From an uncultured virus (IMG/VR IMGVR_UViG_3300023371_000084) (taxonomy: Duplodnaviria > Heunggongvirae > Uroviricota > Caudoviricetes): DNA of 64,000 bases. Made by a program: the position numbers and the translations under genes. Location: IMG/VR virus record IMGVR_UViG_3300023371_000084. The stretch is one strand, 5' to 3'. Shown here piece after piece: positions 1-7,538 of this stretch (the stretch's first letter is position 1; each line of letters begins with the position of its first letter). Below the pieces are notes generated by a model, which saw nothing but the letters and a program-made list of their open reading frames with translations, was not told the DNA's origin and ran no database searches.

Positions 1-212
1 CTCCGCCGCAGCTCAACGCAAGATCGTGCTTAGAAGCGTACTTATCAATCTCGTCGATTACGCGAACTGCAACATCAAGAGCATGCTTTTGCTCATCGTT
101 TGCAACGCTGCGCACAGACAGAAGATGGGCGCACAGCTCCGTTTTCAGTCGAGTTCCCTTAACGGTGTTTTCCATACTTCACCTGTTCCTTCCTATTTGT
201 ATAGGCAGGATT

Positions 213-500
213 TTACTCCTCGCCGATAATCTCCAGAATCTTTTCACGAACCTTGTTATTGTCCTCGATTGCGCGGACACACTCTTCTCGCTTACCCTTT
301 GCGAAGTTTTCCAGAATGGTAAAGCGCTCAACGGAAGCCTGAAGCTCCTCGTTATTGGCCTGCAAGCTCTGCGCAGTCTGTCTAAACGTCCTGACGGCAT
401 TCTCGCGCATCAGGTTCAGATGAGCGACGTCATCTGAAATCTTGGTAGTGGCCGCAGAAATGACTTGCTCGGTTGTCTTCTTCTTATTCATCATACCCAT
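213..500 (-). CDS. hypothetical coiled-coil protein
   Basis: ORF with GGAG RBS, co-oriented with neighbours. Confidence 0.6.
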   Translation of the reverse strand: MGMMNKKKTTEQVISAATTKISDDVAHLNLMRENAVRTFRQTAQSLQANNEELQASVERFTILENFAKGKREECVRAIEDNNKVREKILEIIGEE

Positions 501-769
501 TTTCTTTTTCTCCTTTTTTCATCAATATGCGTACAAAAGTACCTCGACCTTGCAAGAAAACGCACGCTTGAGCATTTCCTTGATCTCCTGAACGGCACCC
601 TTGCAATAAGCGCTCGTATATCCTTCCGCCATACTGGTGGCAAGGACTTGACCTGCTGCATCCCGCTCAAGCCTTAGAGCGATATCATGCTGATTGGCAA
701 AATCAATGACTGGCTGTGCCGTCTTCATGATCGAATCCGCATCAAATACTTTGGTGTGAATCTTCACGA

Positions 770-1054
770 TCAATTTGCTGAACTTCTTTTCTCCCATACA
801 CATTTCTCCCATTTATCCAGCGTCACAGGCGTAAGCCCACCATCCACATAGGCAATGCCACGGAGCCAGCCAAGGAAGTAAGCAAGCTTGATGAAGCTGA
901 AAATACGCTTTGACTTGGTTTTGTGACTGAGCTTATCCAGATAAGGCGGATCAAGATCCTCCGCATTAAACCCCTGCTTGATGGCCGTCTCTTTTACCCA
1001 TTCGTACTGGCGCTTCAAGTTTTCACTGTTCCATCTGTGCGCCATGATCACCAC
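770..1054 (-). CDS. hypothetical protein
   Basis: ORF in the minus-strand gene run. Confidence 0.55.
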   Translation of the reverse strand: MVIMAHRWNSENLKRQYEWVKETAIKQGFNAEDLDPPYLDKLSHKTKSKRIFSFIKLAYFLGWLRGIAYVDGGLTPVTLDKWEKCVWEKRSSAN

Positions 1055-1399
1055 TCCATGTAGCGGATAATCTCATCGCCACACTCGCTGCAAACGTAAT
1101 GGCTGTAACCCTTCCTCACGCCACGCAGCATATAGCCTGTATAGCAATCCGGGCAAACACCCTCGTTCCACTTTCCTTCGTTGACCATGTTGATGCCAAA
1201 CGTCAGAAAGAACAGAATGATTAAGGCAATCGCACTGCCAAGGATATCCGGCGGAATGCTTTGAAGAAAAGATTTGATTTTCGACACTTGATCACCCCAT
1301 AAAATGCTCGTTTTATTGTGTATAAATAGCGCATATATTATCCATACATGCCTATATTTGCGCATTATGGATCGTATATTATACGCATAAATGCATAGA

Positions 1400-1476
1400 T
1401 GGTGGAGCTGAAGGGAATCGAACCCTCGACCTCCTGCTTGCAAGGCAGGCGCTCTAGCCATCTGAGCTACAGCCCC
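1400..1476 (-). tRNA. tRNA-Ala(TGC)
   Basis: Reverse complement GGGGCTGTAGCTCAG...CTTGCAA...GGTTCGATTCC...CTCCACCA; full cloverleaf, encoded CCA. Confidence 0.95.
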
Positions 1477-1485
1477 ATGAAAATC

Positions 1486-1558
1486 TGCATCCACTCTGGA
1501 GTCGAACCAGAATCGTATCCTTTGGAGGGATCGGCACTGCCATTATGCTAATCGATGC
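1486..1558 (-). tRNA. atypical tRNA-Trp(CCA), possibly pseudo
   Basis: T-arm CTGGTTCGACTCCAG, anticodon loop CTCCAAA; mismatches in acceptor and anticodon stems, no CCA tail. Confidence 0.55.
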
Positions 1559-1692
1559 AGAGACTATTTTGCGGCATATCGTTTCAGCTTTCAAATACCC
1601 ACTACTCACCATCGTGGATGCCGCTGCAAGGTTGTCGTCCTGTAAGATGGCTTTTTGTTGAGAACAGGGCTATCTTACCAGTAACCTGCCTT

Positions 1693-1769
1693 TGGTGCGC
1701 CATCGGGGGATCGAACCCCGGACTCCGTGATTAAAAGTCACGTGCTCGTACCGACTGAGCTAATGGCGC
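1693..1769 (-). tRNA. tRNA-Lys(TTT)
   Basis: GCGCCATTAGCTCAG...CTTTTAA...GGTTCGATCC...GGCGCACCA. Confidence 0.95.
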
Positions 1770-1773
1770 AAGC

Positions 1774-2154
1774 TCAATCCGCCACAACGAAATCCCAAAG
1801 CGATGCACGCTCCGCGATCTCGCGGCCTAGAAGATAAAGCTCAAACGAAGCAAGGAACTGAGGCCAAGAAGCGAACTTCTTCTGCGCTTCCGGGTAATCA
1901 TGGATGCATGCACGCCAGATCAGATAATCCATACGCAATGATGTCATCTGCACATGATAGTGCTTGTGATTGCTCGACGAGCTGCTATGATACAGCGTGT
2001 ACTCCTGCGAACATCTATTGATATCCTTATAGATCATCCATTTGCTGTCCTTGGTGAAGATCCTGATGATATCTCCCTCGTCGATCATGTAGGCGATTTC
2101 GCCACACTTGTGATTGACAAACCAGACAACATCCTCTGCTTCTAAATGCCTCAT
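1774..2154 (-). CDS. hypothetical protein
   Basis: 126 aa ORF with GAGG RBS between tRNAs. Confidence 0.6.
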   Translation of the reverse strand: MRHLEAEDVVWFVNHKCGEIAYMIDEGDIIRIFTKDSKWMIYKDINRCSQEYTLYHSSSSSNHKHYHVQMTSLRMDYLIWRACIHDYPEAQKKFASWPQFLASFELYLLGREIAERASLWDFVVAD

Positions 2155-2179
2155 ACGTTCCTCGTTTCATTTGACATTG

Positions 2180-2252
2180 AACCGCGCACGGGGATCGAAC
2201 CCGCAGCTCCGCCTAGAAATAAGCGGCGACTTAACCTTTTGTCCAACGCAGT
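2180..2252 (-). tRNA. degenerate Glu-like tRNA with 8-nt anticodon loop
   Basis: Acceptor ACTGCGT/GCGCGGT, Glu-type D-arm GGACAAAAGGTTAAGTC, T-arm GCGGGTTCGATCCCCGT, loop TATTTCTA. Confidence 0.5.
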
Positions 2253-2446
2253 ATAAAAAACGGCGATGTTGCTGCATCCTTGCCGCAGCTCCTGAGTCCG
2301 TCAGGCTGGAATCGAACCAGCATACTCCATCGCCAGAAAATCGAAGCAAACGTATATCAAGATTCGGATAGATGCTTTATCGACTGAACACCTGCATGCA
2401 TGAGTGCTCCACATCACGCCATTCCCCGATTGTCCTTTGCTTCAAA

Positions 2447-2521
2447 TGGCTGAGGGTGTAGGAATCGAACCTAACGATACGGGAGTCAAAGTCCCGTGCC
2501 TTACCGCTTGGCGAACCCTCA
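2447..2521 (-). tRNA. tRNA-Gln(TTG)
   Basis: TGAGGGTTCGCCAAGCGGTAAGGC...CTTTGAC...GGTTCGATTCC...CTCAGCCA. Confidence 0.95.
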
Positions 2522-2756
2522 GTGTAAATTACTTTTTCTTTCTCATTTCTTTAGCCGCTCTCATAGCGCGATATCTGGCATTCTTATAATCGCGGTGATT
2601 TTTCATCCATGCTTCGCAATCTGACCACGAAGTAAATGCCTTGATATCAAATTCTCCATGAAAAACCTTATATCTAGGATGGGTCTCATGCCTATACCCA
2701 AGATGTTCCATAATGCGGATGATCTGATTGCTTGTCATGATTTCCTCCGTACAGAT

Positions 2757-3126
2757 GATATTGAGGGGCGGGACTTTCACCCGTCCGAGCGATGGCCGAT
2801 GCGATATGCGCACTCTCGCACCCGCAGTTGCTTAATTGCTAATTTCTATGTTTGTTCATCGCTTTTTCACGTCCGTTGATTTTAAGGTGCCTAAGAGGTA
2901 GGGGGATTTGCACCACCACTTCCTGCTTAACGCCGCGCTACACCTTGCATACGCCAACCCCGGCATCCTGCCGCACCTGAGCATGTGCTGTACGGGCTAC
3001 AATGCTCCGGCTTGTACAATCGCGGCTCAACGTCTGTGGCTCTATACTCACTACTCAATACTTTATCTGCTTTGGTTTTATAGGTTTTTATGAAGCGCCA
3101 GCCCAAACTACGCTGCGCTCAACTTT
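2757..3126 (-). ncRNA. candidate large structured ncRNA
   Basis: No convincing ORF; lies directly behind a consensus sigma-A promoter; long-range stems and two T-loop-like hairpins. Confidence 0.45.
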
Positions 3127-3127
3127 C

Positions 3128-4222
3128 CTATATTTTACCACCTTTAGAATGATCTGTCAATACTTTTTCCGCTTTATTTTTAAATTCTTTTTTTACTTCT
3201 GAAAACAGTGATGACACATACTCATCCATGCTGCACAGAAGACGATAGCAGTTTCCATGCGAAGCATGGTTTTTCCAGCTCTGATAGGTTTCTTCAAACT
3301 TCTCCATGGTCATCCGGCCATCGATGACAAGTTTGGCATACTTTTTCAGGCGCTTTTTGATCTGACGCTTATTTTCCCCTGTGAGTTTTCTGATCACCTT
3401 GCCATCGGTTGTCACATACGTATGGAAACCAAGAAAGCGAATACCTTTGGACATTGGAACGATTTCTGTCTTATTATTGAGAGAAAGCTTTAAACCGTCC
3501 AGATATACCTTTATCCTTTTCAGGCACTCTTTCAGATACTCCCTATCATCCGATATCAGGTAGAAATCATCCATATACCTTCCATAGTATTTACAGCCAA
3601 GCCCTTCGGTGATGAAATGATCCATCCCATCCAGATACATAAGCGCAAAGACCTGACTGGATTGATTGCCAAGCGGCAAGCCGTCGCCCTCCACGCTGTC
3701 TATGAACAAATCACATATCCACTGGATGCCCGGATCGTCGAAATACTGCCGGACGCAGCGCTTCATCACATCATGGTTGATGCTATAAAAGAACTTCGTG
3801 ATATCACATTTGAGAATATATCCTTTGGTTCCATGCTCACCATAAAAGGAAAGCATGTTCTGCGACAACCGATCTAGGCCGAACAGCGTGCCTTTGCCAA
3901 TCTGCCCCGCATAATTGTCTAGGATGAAGACATTCTTCATCTTAGGCAGCAGGACTTGATCGCAAAGACAATGCTGCAAAACCTTATCTTTGAAAGCGCC
4001 GGACTTGACAACTCTGCGTTTCGGCTCAGAGATGATAAACTCCTGATAAGGCGAGACCTTATATGTATGAGCAATCAATTGGCGCTTCATGACATAGAGG
4101 TATTCCAGCGCCATGACACTGAACTTTACCGCGCTATTCCGCTTACCCTTACCCTTCATGGACGAGCGATAGGCGCGATACAGGTTTTCAAAATCCGTCA
4201 GCTTTTCAAAGTCAGTCATCAA
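3128..4222 (-). CDS. DGR reverse transcriptase
   Basis: RYMDD catalytic motif, GLPLGNQSSQ (DGR-type SQ), KCDITKFF, FLGF; next to TR and avd. Confidence 0.95.
   Translation of the reverse strand: MMTDFEKLTDFENLYRAYRSSMKGKGKRNSAVKFSVMALEYLYVMKRQLIAHTYKVSPYQEFIISEPKRRVVKSGAFKDKVLQHCLCDQVLLPKMKNVFILDNYAGQIGKGTLFGLDRLSQNMLSFYGEHGTKGYILKCDITKFFYSINHDVMKRCVRQYFDDPGIQWICDLFIDSVEGDGLPLGNQSSQVFALMYLDGMDHFITEGLGCKYYGRYMDDFYLISDDREYLKECLKRIKVYLDGLKLSLNNKTEIVPMSKGIRFLGFHTYVTTDGKVIRKLTGENKRQIKKRLKKYAKLVIDGRMTMEKFEETYQSWKNHASHGNCYRLLCSMDEYVSSLFSEVKKEFKNKAEKVLTDHSKGGKI
3132..3160 (-). promoter_or_regulatory. sigma-A promoter TTGACA-17-TAAAAT
   Basis: Consensus elements plus A-rich upstream tract shared with the phage promoter family; overlaps RT 3' end. 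Confidence 0.75.
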
Positions 4223-4330
4223 AACATTTGTATTTATCCCACGTTGCCGTGAGAAGGGTTATGCGCTCTTTTGATGTGGAGCACTCCTCGTAATTGCACA
4301 AGCAATTTACAGACCTCGCTTATCCACCAG

Positions 4331-4413
4331 AACGGGCGCACGCCGCCATTCTCATTGTCGCAGTAGTTCCAGTTCAGAACACCGTTGGAGTTCACGTTGC
4401 AGACGTTGCGGGC
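4331..4413 (-). repeat. DGR template repeat (TR)
   Basis: 83 bp aligned to 4850-4932; 14 mismatches, 13 at TR adenines (coding strand); AAC-rich. Confidence 0.95.
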
Positions 4414-4442
4414 GCATCAGCGCATAGCCCAAGGAATAATTC

Positions 4443-4808
4443 TCATTTGCTGCGAAGAGACAGGGACATATACTTGATTTCATTGACCAGCTTTGTCCAC
4501 TCTTCGCTGCGGGCAAAGCTAATCCGTTGCGCATAGACGCAGTATTTTACAAGGCTCATCAACTTATTGCACTTGGTTATTGCGCTGGTGAGCAATTCGT
4601 TACGCTTGACCTTCTGATACGAAATATCGGTTCGATACGCATTTGCATCTAAAAGATCGCTATGAATATCAAGTGCGTATTCCTGCATACGGTCGGCCAA
4701 GCGCCTGAATTTTACAGGGAAATGATTCCTGTTGTTGGTTTCATCAAATACAGAGAAGTATAGTTTTTCTGCCTTATCTCCAAGATGAAACCGGAGTTCG
4801 TCATCCAT
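4443..4808 (-). CDS. avd: DGR accessory variability determinant (Avd-like four-helix bundle)
   Basis: 121 aa helical basic protein between target and TR, with C-terminal W..LV.EI pattern. Confidence 0.8.
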   Translation of the reverse strand: MDDELRFHLGDKAEKLYFSVFDETNNRNHFPVKFRRLADRMQEYALDIHSDLLDANAYRTDISYQKVKRNELLTSAITKCNKLMSLVKYCVYAQRISFARSEEWTKLVNEIKYMSLSLRSK

Positions 4809-4812
4809 GATT

Positions 4813-5433
4813 TTACTCAGATACCAAGACGGAAGAATTCAGGATGCAAAACGGGCGCACGCCGCCATTCCCATCGTCGCAGCCGTCCCAGCCCAGAACA
4901 CCGAAGGAGCCCACGCAGCAGACGCTGCGGGCATAATCCTTCACATCATAGCTCACACGGGTAGCCAGCCACCACCACTTGCCATAGGCCGGAAGATACT
5001 CACGATAGCGGCGATACTGCTCCGTAGTCAGCAGAGATACCTTGTCCTGAGACTTTACACTCTTACCCGTACCATCGTCCGCCTCCAGCTTCACGGTATG
5101 CGTGATGATGTTTTCCTTGCCAACGGCCTTGCAAAGCTCATCATAGAAGGTGGTGTCTAGATATGCGCGAACCTTGCTGGTAATCCAATTACCGTCAGAA
5201 CCGAATTCCATCTGCTTCACGAAGTCCTTGGCGATCACGGCAGTCGTCTCAAGAGAATGATCGAGAATGATATACTCGCGGTTGCCAATCTTCACGACGC
5301 TGCCACGCGCAAAGGAGCCAAGCTGCTTGCCCTTCTGCTTTTCGACAAGCATGATGGCGAAGCTGCCGTCCTCGTTCTTATTGACGGTTACGCTGATGCC
5401 GGGGACGTTGTTGATCACATTGATTTCGTTCAT
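4813..5433 (-). CDS. DGR target protein, C-type-lectin-like fold (DUF6273-like), ~206 aa
   Basis: Start MNEINV with AAGGA RBS; WWWL motif and C-terminal GGVRPF; contains VR. Confidence 0.85.
   Translation of the reverse strand: MNEINVINNVPGISVTVNKNEDGSFAIMLVEKQKGKQLGSFARGSVVKIGNREYIILDHSLETTAVIAKDFVKQMEFGSDGNWITSKVRAYLDTTFYDELCKAVGKENIITHTVKLEADDGTGKSVKSQDKVSLLTTEQYRRYREYLPAYGKWWWLATRVSYDVKDYARSVCCVGSFGVLGWDGCDDGNGGVRPFCILNSSVLVSE
4850..4932 (-). repeat. DGR variable repeat (VR)
   Basis: Adenine-specific variant of TR at the 3' end of the target gene. Confidence 0.95.
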
Positions 5434-5479
5434 CTCTTTATCCTTTCTTGTGTTGTGGGTGCTTTGTTGTTGTAAGAAC

Positions 5480-5508
5480 AGTATATAGCATTTTGCCATT
5501 CTTGTCAA
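5480..5508 (-). promoter_or_regulatory. sigma-A promoter TTGACA-17-TATACT for the DGR operon
   Basis: Consensus elements with GAAAAAGTA upstream tract. Confidence 0.75.
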
Positions 5509-5536
5509 TACTTTTTCTGCTTTATTTTTAAAATAT

Positions 5537-6979
5537 TTAGAAAGGCATATCATTTGCCTCTTCCACCTTTTCAGGAGACTTGCCCTTCTTGCGCTTCTTC
5601 GCCTTTTTCTCTTCTTGATCAATAAACTTATCGGACAGAGCAATATTTCTTGCGGCATTAAAGTCTGCATTCACGCCATGCTTAAAATCATGAGACGGAC
5701 ACAGAGGATTCTTGCAAACAAATTCCGCCTGAGAAATACGCTGGCCGGGTTTATCGCTACCACAGAAGGAGCAATTTTGAGAAGTATAGGCCGGATTGAC
5801 ATACCTGACAGTGATGCCGACCTGTTCCGCTTTATAGGAAATGAACTGCTGCAACTGGTAGATCGACCAGCCCTTCAGGATATGGCGCTTCTTATCCTCA
5901 TCAGAGAAGCTTGACAAATCCTCCATATGGATATACTTGGCGCGATTGGCAAGCGCAAAGCGGATAACCTCGCGGCTGACATGGTGATTATACGTTTCAG
6001 CAAAGTGTTTTTCGTACTCCTTCAGCCTATCCAAACCCTCCAGCTTGCGCTTTCGGCCATGACCGCCCTTGGCAAGCGTCATGCGCTTTTGCAGACGCTT
6101 GTGCCTATCCTTAATCTCTTTGCGCTTATCGAGGAAGTCATCGTCTTCACCAATCAGATTCTTTTTACCCATGTATATGCTATTATTCAGCGCAACAGCA
6201 GCGGGTACAGCCTCGCCAAGATCCACGCCGACAACAGTTTCCTCATCCAGCTCATAGGAGCGCTTTGGAATCTTCAAGGTGAGATTGAGCACGATTTCTC
6301 GCTTCTTCTTTGCATCCTTATCCTTGCCGGATGGATCACGCGCCTGCTTGGTTTCCCTGAACCCGATAGAGGACTGCACCACCTTATAAGTTCCATCGAA
6401 AATACGCTCAAACGTCATGCGCAGATCGCTGGAATTCGCTCCCGGCGTACCGATATCGCAATTAAATACGATGCCATTGACAAACTTCATTTCGATCTTG
6501 CACTTGCTGGTGAAAAGATTTTGCTTAAACTCCTCATGAGAAGAAAAGTTATGGGAAAACTGCATGAATCGACTTTCCACCAAGAGCGGCGCATTGCGCT
6601 TGCGATTCTGCAAAGAACGCTCGCCTTTTAGAAGACCTGCTTTGATGGCTGCGGCCATATCCTTTTTAAGCCTTTGGCAAACCGTACTTGGAACAACCAA
6701 TCCAACCGGAAATTTAAATTCATCATACGGGAAGATACTATACTCAGGATCATCTTCCTTTGGAGTTCTTTGTATACGGTCATAAATTCTCTTAATTTCT
6801 TCTTTTGTTTTTCGACTTTGAATAGCCGAATAGACGACAGATGCAGCGTAATTATATGCGCGATTCTGCGACCACATTGCATCATCGATATATTTAAATG
6901 TCCTGTCCACTTCATCCTTCGGATAAAGTGTCAATTTCTTTACAATAATACTCTGATTTTCAAATTCGTTCTTTTTCAT
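5537..6979 (-). CDS. cas12f: Cas12f/TnpB-family RNA-guided nuclease (480 aa)
   Basis: RuvC-I VGVDLG, RuvC-II IHMEDL, zinc finger CSFC...CKNPLC, RuvC-III NADFNAARNIA; adjacent CRISPR array. Confidence 0.88.
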   Translation of the reverse strand: MKKNEFENQSIIVKKLTLYPKDEVDRTFKYIDDAMWSQNRAYNYAASVVYSAIQSRKTKEEIKRIYDRIQRTPKEDDPEYSIFPYDEFKFPVGLVVPSTVCQRLKKDMAAAIKAGLLKGERSLQNRKRNAPLLVESRFMQFSHNFSSHEEFKQNLFTSKCKIEMKFVNGIVFNCDIGTPGANSSDLRMTFERIFDGTYKVVQSSIGFRETKQARDPSGKDKDAKKKREIVLNLTLKIPKRSYELDEETVVGVDLGEAVPAAVALNNSIYMGKKNLIGEDDDFLDKRKEIKDRHKRLQKRMTLAKGGHGRKRKLEGLDRLKEYEKHFAETYNHHVSREVIRFALANRAKYIHMEDLSSFSDEDKKRHILKGWSIYQLQQFISYKAEQVGITVRYVNPAYTSQNCSFCGSDKPGQRISQAEFVCKNPLCPSHDFKHGVNADFNAARNIALSDKFIDQEEKKAKKRKKGKSPEKVEEANDMPF

Positions 6980-7000
6980 ATATTCCTTTATTTATCTTTC

Positions 7001-7278
7001 ATAGACCAGTCAAACGCCTCGACACAAAAGTCTATCCACAAAAGTGCTTGGTAACTGTGTAACCTTGTAGACTAGTCAAACAAGAAACAAGGGTATTATC
7101 ACTGATCAGCAGCTTGGTAACTGTGTTACCTTATAGACTAGTCAAACGCAAAGCACGGCCAGAACTGCCATAGTAAGCTTGGTAACTGTGTTACCTAATA
7201 GACTAGTCAAACGCTGAGAGTGGCAATCAAAGACTTCCTCTTGCTTGGTAACTGTGTTACCTAATAGACTAGTCAAAC
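7001..7278 (-). CRISPR. mini CRISPR array: 4 full 36-bp repeats + partial trailer, 4 spacers (30,30,29,30 bp)
   Basis: Repeats at 7046, 7112, 7177, 7243 (minus consensus GTTTGACTAGTCTATTAGGTAACACAGTTACCAAGC); partial at 7001-7015; degeneration increases leftwards, so the leader is on the right. Confidence 0.95.
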
Positions 7279-7439
7279 CTCAAATCCAGTTACCCAGCAA
7301 CCGTTGTAACACAGTTTTTCGTGAGTGGATCGCCGTCGAATGCTTTGTGATTCAGTCGCGTCCCTCACGTTGCGGCCTCTCAAGTAGGCCGAACGCATTT
7401 CTGCGATTTTGAAACCCTACTCAGTAGGGTTTACGATTA
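7279..7439 (-). ncRNA. leader/tracrRNA-like scaffold
   Basis: Anti-repeats at 7287-7298 (11/12) and 7306-7316 (11/11); hairpins CGGCCT..AGGCCG and AAACCCTAC..GTAGGGTTT. Confidence 0.7.
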
Positions 7440-7538
7440 TCAGTTTCCTTTACCGGACACAAACAGCGCCGTAAAGAGAACAGACAGAACAATCGTCACC
7501 GGAAGAATCCAGAGAAGATGCAAGGCATTCATCATCAT
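7440..7538 (-). CDS. small membrane peptide (32 aa)
   Basis: GGAGGG RBS; MMMNALHLLWILPVTIVLSVLFTALFVSGKGN; overlaps folD stop. Confidence 0.5.
   Translation of the reverse strand: MMMNALHLLWILPVTIVLSVLFTALFVSGKGN

Noticed and set aside
2757..3060. Canonical tmRNA
   Set aside because: No GGGG 5' end, G3-U70 pair or CCA; kept only as an unknown ncRNA candidate
3128..4222. Group II intron or retron RT
   Set aside because: SQ motif, TR/VR pair and avd identify it as a DGR RT
5434..5670. N-terminal extension of the DGR target in the ORF track
   Set aside because: Runs through the promoter and the cas12f end; RBS supports a start at 5433
5537..6979. IS200/IS605 transposon or nuclease-dead regulator
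   Set aside because: No TnpA or transposon ends seen; CRISPR array adjacent; catalytic D/E/D intact
7032..7040. DnaA-box-like CTATCCACA in a spacer
   Set aside because: Single 8/9 match, not significant
7046..7081. CRISPR repeat sharing TTGACTA and AAGGTTA with the repeated promoter element
   Set aside because: Patchy match needing a large gap; likely chance
7016..7242. Self-targeting spacers
   Set aside because: No extended match noticed in this window by eye; a proper alignment is still needed
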